64,000 nt of DNA from Candidatus Bathyarchaeia archaeon. Lineage in GTDB: Archaea; Thermoproteota; Bathyarchaeia; TCS64. How positions within the stretch are numbered: position 1 is the stretch's first letter; each line of letters starts with the position of its first letter. Under the pieces are notes generated by a model. It ran no database searches and was not told the DNA's origin. It worked only from the letters and a program-made list of their open reading frames with translations. Shown piece after piece: positions 10,939 to 20,727 of this stretch. The stretch spans positions 64,001 to 128,000 of the forward strand of contig JBEKDF010000002.1 in NCBI GenBank assembly GCA_050014495.1, given 5' to 3'. The position numbers and the translations under genes are program-made.

Positions 10939-11808
10939 TTGTGTCAGTGGTGTATGAAGCACGGCGCCGGTGGGAAGTGGTACCTCAACGCCCGCAACTA
11001 CTCGAACGAGCTAGCCGAGGAGATGCAGATGGAGGCATACCTAACTGAGCAGTGGATGAACTTCGAGCAGGTCTACATCAGGAAAATGATGGGCATAAGC
11101 AGCATTGGCCTTGGCTACAAGCTCAAGATGCCCATAGTTGGTAGGCTCCTACGATGGCAGGCCGAAAACATGATCCACAGCGAGAGCAGACACAGGAACC
11201 CCGTCAGGGCGGATGGCCACTTCGGCCAAGTGATCCCCCTTGAGGAGGCGAAGACTATTATGCTCAACTTGGCCGCGGAGCCCATCATCCAGAACTACTG
11301 CATGTGCCGCTGGATGCAGAAGGGGTGCAAGGATGTCTGCTGCATAAACTTCGGCGCTCTCAGTGGGGTGATCGAAAAGTTACCGCGCTTTATACCAAAG
11401 GATACTAAGGTCCGCTTAGGGCGTGAAGAGGCAGTAGCGGCTCTCGAGGAGCAGAACAGGAAGGGGCGAGTCTCCACGGTCTGGTTCCAACCAGTCCCAT
11501 ATATCAATGCCATCTGCAGTTGTGAGGTCCCCCAGTGTGGCGGCCTCCGCCTCCGCAACGACTTCGGGATATACACCGTCTACAAGGCTGAGTACGTGGC
11601 AGAGGTTAACCCTGACCTTTGCCAAGGCTGTATGAGGTGCGTAGCCCGATGTCAGTTTGGGGCGATACACTATAATGCGACAATAAAGCGAGTGATAATA
11701 GACCAAAACAAGTGCTTTGGATGCGGCCTCTGCCGCGACACTTGTAACTTCGACGCTCTCGGACTTATCCCACGTGACGACATCCCCGGACTCAAGGGTC
11801 AGTACTAG
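10939..11808 (+). CDS. Multi-Cys Fe-S protein with C-terminal 2[4Fe-4S] ferredoxin domain
   Basis: MCQWC..HG, CMCR, ICSC, CQGCMRCVARC, CFGCGLCRDTC. Confidence 0.85.
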   Translation: MCQWCMKHGAGGKWYLNARNYSNELAEEMQMEAYLTEQWMNFEQVYIRKMMGISSIGLGYKLKMPIVGRLLRWQAENMIHSESRHRNPVRADGHFGQVIPLEEAKTIMLNLAAEPIIQNYCMCRWMQKGCKDVCCINFGALSGVIEKLPRFIPKDTKVRLGREEAVAALEEQNRKGRVSTVWFQPVPYINAICSCEVPQCGGLRLRNDFGIYTVYKAEYVAEVNPDLCQGCMRCVARCQFGAIHYNATIKRVIIDQNKCFGCGLCRDTCNFDALGLIPRDDIPGLKGQY

Positions 11809-11816
11809 GAGGCATT

Positions 11817-12077
11817 TTGGTGAGTAGGACAAAGATAATAGTGGATCAGAAGAAGTGCGGGAATGCCTCAGGTGGCATTGACCCACGCGAGTGCGGTGAG
11901 TGCCTCAAATCCTGCGACCCTACAGTCTTCATCCGCCATGAGACCCTCGGTACCAAGCAGAGCAACCCCTATGACCCCGAGTTCTGGCAGGTGACCGCTG
12001 TCTGGACCGACCTCTGCACACGCTGTGGCAAATGCGTCAAGGCATGTCCACAAAAGGCCATCACCGTCGCTTGGTGA
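11817..12077 (+). CDS. Ferredoxin-like 4Fe-4S protein
   Basis: CGECLKSC and CTRCGKCVKACP. Confidence 0.85.
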   Translation: MVSRTKIIVDQKKCGNASGGIDPRECGECLKSCDPTVFIRHETLGTKQSNPYDPEFWQVTAVWTDLCTRCGKCVKACPQKAITVAW

Positions 12078-12083
12078 CCACCG

Positions 12084-12851
12084 TTGGAGCGAATAGTTGT
12101 ATTGGGTAGAGGTGGCACAGGGAAGACGAGCTTCACAGCCATCCTCGCCAAGCACTTCATCGAGAAGGGGGAAACGCCCATTCTGCTCGTCGACCTCGAC
12201 CCCGACATGAACCTCGCAGAGATGGTCGGCGTGGACCTCGAGGAGGCGGGAAAGTCCACGATCTCTGAACTCCTCCTCGACACGATGGAGAGGGAGAGCG
12301 ATGGTACAGACGCCCCACAGCCTTTCCCGTTGGAGAAACTGGAGGCCCGAATCTGGGAGGAGGGACTCTACGAGGGTGAGGGGTTCGACCTCCTCAGCCT
12401 AGGCGTCAAGTGGGGTGAGGGCTGTTACTGCACGCCTAACAAGGCCATGAGGATGGCACTCGAGGGGATGCTCCGAAGCTACAGCCACGTCATAATCGAC
12501 TCCCCCGCAGGCCTCGAGCAGCTCAACCGTCGCGTCACCCCCCAGGTGGATGACGTCATCGACATAATAGACCCGTCCAATAAGGCGTTCGAGCACGTCA
12601 AGAGAACCCGAAGGCTTCTGGATGAGCTGGGCCTCAACTACAAGCGCTTCTATGTCGTCGGGAACTATCGATTCCCAGAGGACTGGGAAGGCGACATCGA
12701 GGGGAAGACTGGCGAAAAGTACATTGGCAAGATTGCCTCAGACTCATCGCTGGCGGATAAGGTCCTCAGAGGCGATTCCTTGCTGAGTCTCGCCAATGAC
12801 TCTCCCGCTAACCGATCTGCTGCCATGATATTCAGTAAAATCGGTTACTGA
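12084..12851 (+). CDS. CooC/AcsF-type metal-insertion ATPase
   Basis: GRGGTGKT, LVDLDPDMNL, GEGCYC metal motif, DSPAGLE. Confidence 0.85.
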   Translation: MERIVVLGRGGTGKTSFTAILAKHFIEKGETPILLVDLDPDMNLAEMVGVDLEEAGKSTISELLLDTMERESDGTDAPQPFPLEKLEARIWEEGLYEGEGFDLLSLGVKWGEGCYCTPNKAMRMALEGMLRSYSHVIIDSPAGLEQLNRRVTPQVDDVIDIIDPSNKAFEHVKRTRRLLDELGLNYKRFYVVGNYRFPEDWEGDIEGKTGEKYIGKIASDSSLADKVLRGDSLLSLANDSPANRSAAMIFSKIGY

Positions 12852-12916
12852 TTTACGCGACTGTGTGCCTCCAATATTATATAACCGGAGATGTGGATGG
12901 TGAAGGGTAAGCTGCC

Positions 12917-13783
12917 TTGGATCTCAGTGGCGTCCCCCCGATGCTCTTTATTGTTTCGGGGATCGTCACGATTACTGGCATCAACATCACTAACCGTTTT
13001 GCTATTGGATTCATCAAGACCCGCTGGGGTGTCATAGCCGCGAACTACTGCACAGCGCTCGCCTTAAGCGCAGCCATGTTCCTTATCAACGGGCTCCACC
13101 CAGCCTCGGTCCTCACACTTTGCCTCGGCTTCGTGACTGGGTTCCTCTATATCGGTGGCATGTACCTAGGCATGACGACTATCGGCAGACGCGGGGCCTC
13201 GATTGCCGTGTCCGCTAGTCAGCTGTCTGTGTTCATCCCTGTTAGCCTATCCGTCATAGTCTTCAGCGAGAGCCTTAGGATCAACCAAATAGTTGGCGTC
13301 GCTGTGGCACTCATCTCCCTCCCCCTCCTAGCAGCTAAGATAGGCGGGGGGCTGAATGGCTCTCTTGATAGGGAGACTCTACTGCTAATAATGACGCAGG
13401 TCTTCGTCCAGGGCTTCGCCCAATTCTCATCCAAGGTCCTAGTCGCCTCCGGCCTTAGCCCTGAGAGGGATGTCTTCTTCCTAGCCGTCTTCACATCAGC
13501 GACCCTCATCACAGTCCCCGTCGCCCTCAGGCACCGCGCCGAGATAACGAGGAAGGACTACGCCTACGGAGGCGTTGTCGGGGCCTTCAATATCGGCGGG
13601 AACCTATCAACCCTCCTCGCCCTCGTAGCCCTGCCTGGTGCGATAGTTTTCCCTCTCGTCAACTCGGGTGGCCTCCTGCTCGTCACTGTCATCGCTTGGC
13701 TCCTCTTCAAGGAGCGGATAAACTGGGTCAACGCCCTCGGTATCGCCCTGACCCTCGCCGCGGTCCTGCTCATCAACATCTAG
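12917..13783 (+). CDS. EamA/DMT family transporter
   Basis: About 10 TM segments in two repeats; FSESL and FKERI loop motifs. Confidence 0.82.
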   Translation: MDLSGVPPMLFIVSGIVTITGINITNRFAIGFIKTRWGVIAANYCTALALSAAMFLINGLHPASVLTLCLGFVTGFLYIGGMYLGMTTIGRRGASIAVSASQLSVFIPVSLSVIVFSESLRINQIVGVAVALISLPLLAAKIGGGLNGSLDRETLLLIMTQVFVQGFAQFSSKVLVASGLSPERDVFFLAVFTSATLITVPVALRHRAEITRKDYAYGGVVGAFNIGGNLSTLLALVALPGAIVFPLVNSGGLLLVTVIAWLLFKERINWVNALGIALTLAAVLLINI

Positions 13784-13798
13784 CCCCGCTTAACGCTC

Positions 13799-13999
13799 GT
13801 GCGCGCATTCCTCGGACACAAGAATATCAAGAACATACTGGTCTACGTTCAACTCGAGGAAGCAATCTACGATAAGCAGAATGAAGGCTTCATCAGCAAG
13901 GCGGCAACGAAGGTCGATGAAGTCTGTAAACTGGTCGAGTCTGGCTTCGACTACGTATGCGATGTCGGTGATGCTAAGGTATTCAGGAAGCGCAAGTGA
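13799..13999 (+). pseudogene. C-terminal remnant of a tyrosine integrase next to the tRNA-Leu 3' end
   Basis: LGHKNIKNILVY (box II His and catalytic Tyr) plus LVESGFDYVC...VFRKRK tail; the rest of the catalytic domain is absent. Confidence 0.8.
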
Positions 14000-14028
14000 C
14001 CTCCGAAAAGTGCGGAGGATGTATGAAA

Positions 14029-14116
14029 TGGTGCGGAGGATGGGATTCGAACCCATGAACCCCTTCGGGATAGGAGCCTCAGTCCTACGCCTTTGGCCTA
14101 GCTGGGCGACCTCCGC
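14029..14116 (-). tRNA. tRNA-Leu(GAG), CCA encoded, no intron
   Basis: GCGGAGG/CCTCCGC acceptor stem, TAGGA-CT-GAG-GC-TCCTA anticodon arm, long variable arm, GGTTCGAATCC, ACCA end. Confidence 0.97.
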
Positions 14117-14167
14117 CCACCACTGTTAGCCGACATCGCCCATTTATAGGTTTGCCGACGCGCGGGA

Positions 14168-14242
14168 TGGGGCCTCAGCTGGGAGTCGAACCCAGGTCAA
14201 GGGATCCACAGTCCCGTATGCTACCGTTACACCACAGAGGCC
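14168..14242 (-). tRNA. tRNA-His(GUG), G-1 and CCA encoded
   Basis: G-GCCTCTG...CTGAGGC-C-CCA; anticodon loop CT-GTG-GA; GGTTCGACTCC. Confidence 0.96.
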
Positions 14243-14354
14243 GCGCGAAAAGAGGGATACAGGGGATACATTAAAAGGGTTTCGCGGAAAATCCAAACCA
14301 AAAAGAGTCGATTCTCCGACACCCCTTATCTTTCGAGACTATGAAGGTAATTAA

Positions 14355-15023
14355 TTAGACGAGACTCTTTTCTTTCAGGTAGTCGGGTAGCTCCCTGACG
14401 CTAGGGAGGATGGCATTTGGCTTCACTGCCTCGAGTTTCTCTCTCCTCTGTGTGCCGGTGAGGACCGCTACCGTATGAGCCTTCGCGTTATGCCCCTCCT
14501 CAATGCCAATAGCGGTGTCGTCCACCTTGACCACCTCCGCTGGGTCCCTGATGTGGCAGTGGCGCATGGTACGCCTGATCATGGCGGGGCTGGGCCTCTC
14601 CTCGTCCACGATCTCGCTGCACGTCCAGTAGTCGATGAGTCCCGACTCCTCCCATCGAAGGTGCTTGACTATGTCGTGTGTTACGACCGCTGGGAAGCCG
14701 CTCTCAACGCCTACCGCTACTCCATGTTCCCTAAGCCAGGTGAACGTCTTCGAAGTGCCCTCAATCTCCCTCACCCTCCCAATATTATCTTGGAGCATCT
14801 CGACGAAGTCCCTGTAGATGGCCTGTGCCTTGTCCCCGCCGAGCATGTTTATGACCTCCCGCTTGTCGCGGCCACGCATGTCGTTCAGGGTCTCCATAGG
14901 GACCTCCACTCCGTGGCGCCGGAACGCGTCGTCGTAGCTGCGGAGGACGAGCGGCATACCATCGATCACGTCGTCGACGGTTGTGCCCGCCATGTCGAAG
15001 ACTACTAAGCGAATCCTCGCCAC
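14355..15023 (-). CDS. HAD hydrolase, phosphonatase-like
   Basis: VFDMAGTTVD, RPSP, VVKVDDT. Confidence 0.85.
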   Translation of the reverse strand: MARIRLVVFDMAGTTVDDVIDGMPLVLRSYDDAFRRHGVEVPMETLNDMRGRDKREVINMLGGDKAQAIYRDFVEMLQDNIGRVREIEGTSKTFTWLREHGVAVGVESGFPAVVTHDIVKHLRWEESGLIDYWTCSEIVDEERPSPAMIRRTMRHCHIRDPAEVVKVDDTAIGIEEGHNAKAHTVAVLTGTQRREKLEAVKPNAILPSVRELPDYLKEKSLV

Positions 15024-15026
15024 TCA

Positions 15027-15548
15027 TCACCACTCGTCCACGGAGACTATCTCACTGATCTCCTTACGCCTCCCTGGGAATGTCCACGTAGGGTCCTTCG
15101 GATAGCCGAGGGGCGTCACGGCGGTGACGTTCCACCCAGGCGGGATCTCCAGGAACTCCTTGATAGATTCGTTATCGAAGAGACCTATCCAGCAGGTGCC
15201 GAGTCCCTCCTCACGTGCAGCGAGAATGAGGTGGGTGAGGCCAATCGCCGAGTCTATGAGGAAGCTCATCTCACCCATGTAGCCGCCACGGTCATACTTT
15301 ATGTCGTTCCCGCAAGCCACGACGACTATCGGGGCCTCCGCTATCCAGGGCTGACCCCCGCTAAGTGTGGCGATCTTCTTCCTCAGCTCTGAGTCTTTGA
15401 TGAGGATGTACTTCCAGGGCTGCCTGTTGCTCCCCGAGGGGGCGACCCTCGCTGCCTCGAGAACCCTGCCGAGGACGTCCTCAGGTATCTCCGTTGACTT
15501 GTAGCTGCGGATGCTCCGCCTCGTCTTAATGACGTCATAGAACTCCAT
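15027..15548 (-). CDS. Nitroreductase family protein
   Basis: RRSIRSY, APSGSNRQPW, GLGTCWIG, LGYP. Confidence 0.92.
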   Translation of the reverse strand: MEFYDVIKTRRSIRSYKSTEIPEDVLGRVLEAARVAPSGSNRQPWKYILIKDSELRKKIATLSGGQPWIAEAPIVVVACGNDIKYDRGGYMGEMSFLIDSAIGLTHLILAAREEGLGTCWIGLFDNESIKEFLEIPPGWNVTAVTPLGYPKDPTWTFPGRRKEISEIVSVDEW

Positions 15549-15635
15549 GGTTATCGTCTGTCCTTGTTGTGCCGCATAATTTAAACAGGTGGCCGCTGAT
15601 GTGAGTGCATCGCAGCGTTATGGCATGTTTTATCT

Positions 15636-16475
15636 ATGAGTAGCATCCATCTCGACCCGATTTATATGCAGAACATCAAACTCGCTGGCTTGAAGGTGAG
15701 TCGGCTCTGCTTCGGGACCGAGCCCCTCGCGATCAAAAAGGGCCCAGACGATCATATGACGCAGGGGGACAAGACACCCGTTGAGGGAGGCGAGATACTA
15801 GCGGAGGCCTCCCGCCTCGGCGTCTACATGTGGGACACCTCAGACGACTACGGCACCCACCCTCACGTACGAGAGGCGCTGAAGAGGGTGAAGAGGAGCA
15901 CCGTCGTGGTCTCAGATAAGTCAAACGCCGCTACCTATGAGCAAGGCGTCAAGGCCGTTGATTTCGCATTAAAGGACCTCGGAACAGAGTACATCGACAT
16001 CATGTTCCTCCACATAGTGCCCCCGAGACCGATAGAGAGGAAGGATGCCAACGACAGACCCTACACGAGCCAGGACCTCAAGGGCCGAAAAGGTACCCTG
16101 GAGGCGTACATGGAGGCGAGGGACTCCGGCCTCATCAAGAAGATTGCCCTCTCAACCCACAGCACCGAGACCCTCCTCCAGGTCCTAAACTACCCCGACA
16201 TCGACGTCGTCTGTGCCCCTCTTAACAAGGTTGGGACATACCTGGAGGACGGGAACCAGCAGGAGCGTCTCGATGCCCTGAAGGTGCTCCACGACGCTGG
16301 GAAGGGTGTCTACGTCATAAAGACCCTCGCTGCCGGGAGGTACAAGGATGATGCAGAGGTATGTATAAGGTATGTCCTCGGGTTCCACGACTTCATCGAC
16401 GCCTGGAACATCGGCATGTACGACGTCGCAGATGTGAGGAGGAACATCGCTCTATTCGCCGGCGCCCTCGGGTAG
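15636..16475 (+). CDS. Aldo/keto reductase family protein
   Basis: VSRLCFGT, WDTSDDYG, LGTEYIDIMFLH, IALSTH. Confidence 0.85.
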   Translation: MSSIHLDPIYMQNIKLAGLKVSRLCFGTEPLAIKKGPDDHMTQGDKTPVEGGEILAEASRLGVYMWDTSDDYGTHPHVREALKRVKRSTVVVSDKSNAATYEQGVKAVDFALKDLGTEYIDIMFLHIVPPRPIERKDANDRPYTSQDLKGRKGTLEAYMEARDSGLIKKIALSTHSTETLLQVLNYPDIDVVCAPLNKVGTYLEDGNQQERLDALKVLHDAGKGVYVIKTLAAGRYKDDAEVCIRYVLGFHDFIDAWNIGMYDVADVRRNIALFAGALG

Positions 16476-16536
16476 TCGGGACCCACCGTCTTTTTAATCT
16501 AACCCGCTTTCCTCTTCCTTAACGGGTCGTGCCTCG

Positions 16537-17733
16537 GTGCCTTCGATCAGCAAATACCTAGCCCTAGAGGGAAACATACGGGTCCTCGCCCTACAGATCC
16601 TGATCTCCCAGCTGGGCTTCGGGATGCTCATTGTCGTTTGGCAACCCTATATACTCTCCCTCGGGTTATCCATGGTCGACCTCGGAATAATCCAGAGCCT
16701 GATCAACTTCAGCACCGCGGCCGGACTCTTCATATGGGGACCCCTCTCGGACATGTTTGGGAGGAAAAGAGTCATACTCCTCGGCCACGCGTCGAGGGTT
16801 GTCGCCGTCCTAGCCCTCATCATCTCGGGCAACCCCTTCTTCCTCTACGTCTTCGCCTTCTTCATCGGATTCAGCACTCTGTGGTACCAGATGAACCCGG
16901 CGCAAACGGCGCTGCTCGCGGAGTCTGTGCCCAACGAGAAAAGGGCTACCGCCTACGGGACACTGATGGCTATCAGTCAGGGGACGAGCATGGTGATGGC
17001 ATCGATTGGTGGCTACCTAGCCATCGTGACAGGGTACTGGTGGATATTCGCGATAACCATAGTCGGCGAGATTATTGGCATCGCCATCATGGCGTTATTC
17101 TTAAAAGAGACCCATAACGTCGGCGGCGCCAACAGCCGGGAGGTAGGAAACCGAATCATCGCGAACCTAAGACCAGAGAGGGAGCTGATGCCCATGTACC
17201 TGATGATGGTCGTAATGGGCATCGGCTACGGCGTTGGCTACTCACTCTTCTACGGCGCCCTGACGGACACATACAAGTTCACGACGCTGGAGCTGGGCTT
17301 GATGTCGACGGTGTCGAGCCTCGCTTGGGCGCTCGGCTCCATACCCACTGGGAAGCTGTCGGAGAGGTTCGGGGCCCGCATAGGGATCATGTTTTCAACG
17401 GCGTCAGCACTCATCACGGTAGTCGGCTTCATCCTGTTCAGGAGCTTCACTGCCTTCCTCGTCTTCAGCGTCTTCAACGGATTCGACCCCTGTTTCTGGA
17501 TACCTAACTGGACGAGCATCATCGCTGAGAGGACACCGATCAAGAAACGGGCCTCCATCTTTGGTAAGCTGGACGCCTATAACCGATTCGCAAGCATACC
17601 CGCTCCCTTCATCGGCGGCCTTATCTACGTCGGGTATGGATTCACAGCGCCACTGCTCATCCACCTAGCATGCCTGCTAGTTTGGGGTTATATGTTGATT
17701 AGGATCACGGCTAAGCCGAAGTCGGCTACTTGA
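16537..17733 (+). CDS. MFS transporter
   Basis: GPLSDMFGRK and GKLSERFG motif A repeats; about 12 TM segments. Confidence 0.9.
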   Translation: MPSISKYLALEGNIRVLALQILISQLGFGMLIVVWQPYILSLGLSMVDLGIIQSLINFSTAAGLFIWGPLSDMFGRKRVILLGHASRVVAVLALIISGNPFFLYVFAFFIGFSTLWYQMNPAQTALLAESVPNEKRATAYGTLMAISQGTSMVMASIGGYLAIVTGYWWIFAITIVGEIIGIAIMALFLKETHNVGGANSREVGNRIIANLRPERELMPMYLMMVVMGIGYGVGYSLFYGALTDTYKFTTLELGLMSTVSSLAWALGSIPTGKLSERFGARIGIMFSTASALITVVGFILFRSFTAFLVFSVFNGFDPCFWIPNWTSIIAERTPIKKRASIFGKLDAYNRFASIPAPFIGGLIYVGYGFTAPLLIHLACLLVWGYMLIRITAKPKSAT

Positions 17734-18298
17734 CACCTATTACTCTGAGAATATCCTCGTTTATCTCAGGGATCGATCGGTTTCCGTCGAGTATTACCCA
17801 TTTACCGTAGGAAACGAGGTCCAGTGCCTTGTCCAATGTCTTGCTAAGCTCGTCTATCGTCTCGAACCTCTCGGTCTTGACCCTATTGTTGACAATACGT
17901 CGGAACGCCTCGTTGGGGGAGACATTTAGGAAGATGAGGCTACCCCTCGTTGGGACAATCTTGGCGAAGAAGTTGTAGGCGAGCTTGTGGGCGGGGGCAG
18001 GAAGGTACGCTGTCCCCATAAGGTATCGTACGAATATGACGTAGTCGACTCTTCTCCATGCGTACAGGGTTATGCTCCTGATCACGTCAGCTAGGTAGAA
18101 GAGACTCGCAGCCATGTGCGCCTTCTTCCCCTCGACGAAGAGGTACTCACGCCCCTTTACGCCAAAGAAGTTGTCCTCGCTGGGGTGGCTCCTGAGGACG
18201 TAGGTCTTCCCCCTACTCCTCAGGTGCTTAGCGAGCATCTCAGCCTGCGTGCTCTTTCCCGAGGCGTCGAGTCCATCGATGACTACGAGCATGGACAT
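17726..18298 (-). CDS. Thymidylate-kinase-like P-loop kinase
   Basis: IDGLDASGKST P-loop, VRY in place of the DR[Y/F] motif, ERFE. Confidence 0.8.
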   Translation of the reverse strand: MSMLVVIDGLDASGKSTQAEMLAKHLRSRGKTYVLRSHPSEDNFFGVKGREYLFVEGKKAHMAASLFYLADVIRSITLYAWRRVDYVIFVRYLMGTAYLPAPAHKLAYNFFAKIVPTRGSLIFLNVSPNEAFRRIVNNRVKTERFETIDELSKTLDKALDLVSYGKWVILDGNRSIPEINEDILRVIGVK

Positions 18299-18996
18299 CA
18301 GAGGCCTCCTATGAGGAGAATGAACGTCAGTGCCCCAACAAGAGGAACAGCGACGTTATCGAGCCCCTTTGGTGACGCACCCTCTACGACCGTGACGAGG
18401 CAGGCTATGGCGAATGCGGGTACGATGGGGTTGAAGGTGAAGGGGTAGAGAAGGCCGAAGTAGATGAAGGCGAAGGTGAGGCTGACGAAGCTCCCGAGGA
18501 ACATGCCGATGCTCCCCTCGAGGCTCTTCGTCTCAAAAATCTTGTATTTGTGTCTCCCAAAGTACTCGCCGAAGATGGCTGCGAGGCTGTCACCGTAGGC
18601 CATGGGGAATATACCCGCTGCAACAATGTATGGCTTGACGCCGAAGAGATAAGCGAGGGCACTATAGCTCATAGCGTAGAGGACGAGGCCCCAATGGTGT
18701 CCCTCCTCGGTCAGGTTGCTGAGTCCCTTCATCTTCTCCCCCAGCTTGATGGGCGAGTTCGGGGTGGCGAGGAGAGTTACGAGTATGAACGGGCTGGCGA
18801 CCAGGAAGGGGTAGATGCTCGCTGTGAAGAAGGGCATGATGAGTGGGAGGTTCCCAATCATGGCGTGCAGGACCTTACGGCTTACCTTCCTTGGCATGCG
18901 GAGACGTGGGGAGACGACGATGAGCGCTACAATATAGGCGTAGCACACCGCCATCACCGCCAGGTTCCACGTGAACTCATCCAATGCCCGTACCAC
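18298..18996 (-). CDS. SEC59/VTE5-like CTP-dependent isoprenoid-alcohol kinase (membrane)
   Basis: SRKVLH, YGDSLAAIFG, KSLEGS, GLDN. Confidence 0.85.
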   Translation of the reverse strand: MVRALDEFTWNLAVMAVCYAYIVALIVVSPRLRMPRKVSRKVLHAMIGNLPLIMPFFTASIYPFLVASPFILVTLLATPNSPIKLGEKMKGLSNLTEEGHHWGLVLYAMSYSALAYLFGVKPYIVAAGIFPMAYGDSLAAIFGEYFGRHKYKIFETKSLEGSIGMFLGSFVSLTFAFIYFGLLYPFTFNPIVPAFAIACLVTVVEGASPKGLDNVAVPLVGALTFILLIGGL

Positions 18997-19101
18997 CGGA
19001 GACAGATAGACCTCCTAACCCGACGCCTTTATCAGCGTTCTGGGAGCCCAAGGTTTATTTTAACGGGTCACGAAAGATCAACTGTTTCTGGAGTTGAAAG
19101 A

Positions 19102-19704
19102 ATGAAAGAATATGTTCTACCTAAACTACCCTACGCCTACGAAGCGCTTGAGCCCGTCATCGACGCTGCGACGGTCACTCTCCACCACGATAAGCACCAT
19201 AACGCCTACGTGGCCGGGTTCAATGGAACCCTGAAGAAGGTCGTCGAGGCCAGGGAGAAGGGCGACTACGCGACGATCAAGGCACTGGATAAGGATCTCG
19301 CTTTCCATGGGAGCGGGGTCGTCCTCCACAACATGTACTGGGAGAACCTCTGCCCCAAAGCGGAGTGCAAGGAGCCGATATCTGGTCCCTTCATGGAACA
19401 GGTGAAGGCTGACTTCAGCGACCTCGCCAAGCTGAAGGCGGAGATGAGTGCAGCTGCGAAGGCGGTGGAGGGCTCCGGTTGGGCCATCCTTGTATGGGAG
19501 CCCGCGTCTAAGCAACTCCTAGTGCTTCAGGCGGAGAATCACCAGAAGTTGACCATCTGGGGCGTCGTCCCACTCCTCGTCATAGACGTCTGGGAGCACG
19601 CCTACTACCTCAAGTACCAGAACAACCGCGCAGGTTACGTCGATGCCCTCTGGGGCATCGTGAACTGGGCCACGGTTGAGAAGCGGTTCAAGGCGGTCAA
19701 GTAG
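19102..19704 (+). CDS. sod: Fe/Mn superoxide dismutase
   Basis: LPYAYEALEP, HHDKHHNAYV, DVWEHAYY; start at ATG 19102. Confidence 0.96.
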   Translation: MKEYVLPKLPYAYEALEPVIDAATVTLHHDKHHNAYVAGFNGTLKKVVEAREKGDYATIKALDKDLAFHGSGVVLHNMYWENLCPKAECKEPISGPFMEQVKADFSDLAKLKAEMSAAAKAVEGSGWAILVWEPASKQLLVLQAENHQKLTIWGVVPLLVIDVWEHAYYLKYQNNRAGYVDALWGIVNWATVEKRFKAVK

Positions 19705-19717
19705 CCACCACCGTTTT

Positions 19718-20680
19718 TTAGAAGGTCACGTTCTTCTGCTCGGGTACCGTGAAGGGTGGCCTTTTGCCTTCTAGGAATGCCTTTATGCTCTCAGCGCAGC
19801 GCTCCGCCATCTTACGACGCGTTTCCCAAGTGGCGGAGGCCATGTGTGGGGTGACTATGACATTGTCCAGCTTGAATAGCTCCTCGGTGAGTGGGGCTGG
19901 TTCGATCTCAAAGACGTCAAGGGCCGCGCCCGCGATATTCCCAGACTTAAGCGCCTCGGTAAGCGCTTTCTGGTCGATGACGGGGCCGCGGCTCGTGTTG
20001 ATGACTATTGCACTCTTCTTCATCATCTGGAACTGCTTTGTGCTGAGTATCCCCTTCGTGGTGGAGATGAGAGGGACGTGGACACTGATGATATCAGAAG
20101 TCCTGAGGAGTTCATCGAAGGTGACGTACGTGATGTTATACTGCGCCTCGATGTCCTGACGGCGCACGACGTCATAGTAGATCATCTTGACGCCAAAGCC
20201 CCTGCCCCGCTTCGTCACCTCGACCCCAATCCTGCCGAGGCCGAGGAGACCGAGGGTCTTCCCACCCATGTCCCAGCCAAATGGGAAACCCTTCCGTTTC
20301 TTCGCCCACTCCACGCGGGTGTACCTGTCGGCCTCGGGTATACGGCGCATCCAGCCGAGGATGAGCGCCCAGGTGAGGTCTGCAACAGCGTCGCTGAGTA
20401 CATCCGGTGTGTGACAGACGTAGACGCCATGACGGGTGCAGGCGTCGACGTCGACAGAGTCGTAGCCCACGCCAAAGCGTGAGACTAGCTTGAGCTTTGG
20501 TGCCTTGGCGAGGAAGTCCTCGTTGACGTTCTCACCAGCGGCGAGGAGGACAACGGTATCACTTAGCTGTCCCGAGTAGTCGCCAGAGACGCGCACGACA
20601 TCGGCGAGGGGACGGAGCCCATCAGCTACATCCTCCGGGAAGTTGTCACTTTTATAACCGACGAGTACCTTCGGCTTCAT
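19718..20680 (-). CDS. D-2-hydroxyacid dehydrogenase (glyoxylate reductase-like)
   Basis: GVGYD, GLGRIG, INTSRG, LDVFE.EP, TPHMAS. Confidence 0.92.
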   Translation of the reverse strand: MKPKVLVGYKSDNFPEDVADGLRPLADVVRVSGDYSGQLSDTVVLLAAGENVNEDFLAKAPKLKLVSRFGVGYDSVDVDACTRHGVYVCHTPDVLSDAVADLTWALILGWMRRIPEADRYTRVEWAKKRKGFPFGWDMGGKTLGLLGLGRIGVEVTKRGRGFGVKMIYYDVVRRQDIEAQYNITYVTFDELLRTSDIISVHVPLISTTKGILSTKQFQMMKKSAIVINTSRGPVIDQKALTEALKSGNIAGAALDVFEIEPAPLTEELFKLDNVIVTPHMASATWETRRKMAERCAESIKAFLEGKRPPFTVPEQKNVTF

Positions 20681-20727
20681 AACAATCGTGTAATTGTTAG
20701 GTGTACCCGGTTAAAAGTGTCGAGGGA

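Noticed and set aside
13790..14129. ORFs 13790-14056 and 13881-14129
   Set aside because: They overlap tRNA-Leu and the integrase remnant and are not protein-like.
18550..19101. N-terminal extension of SOD in the ORF track
   Set aside because: Antisense shadow of the kinase gene; SOD similarity starts at ATG 19102.
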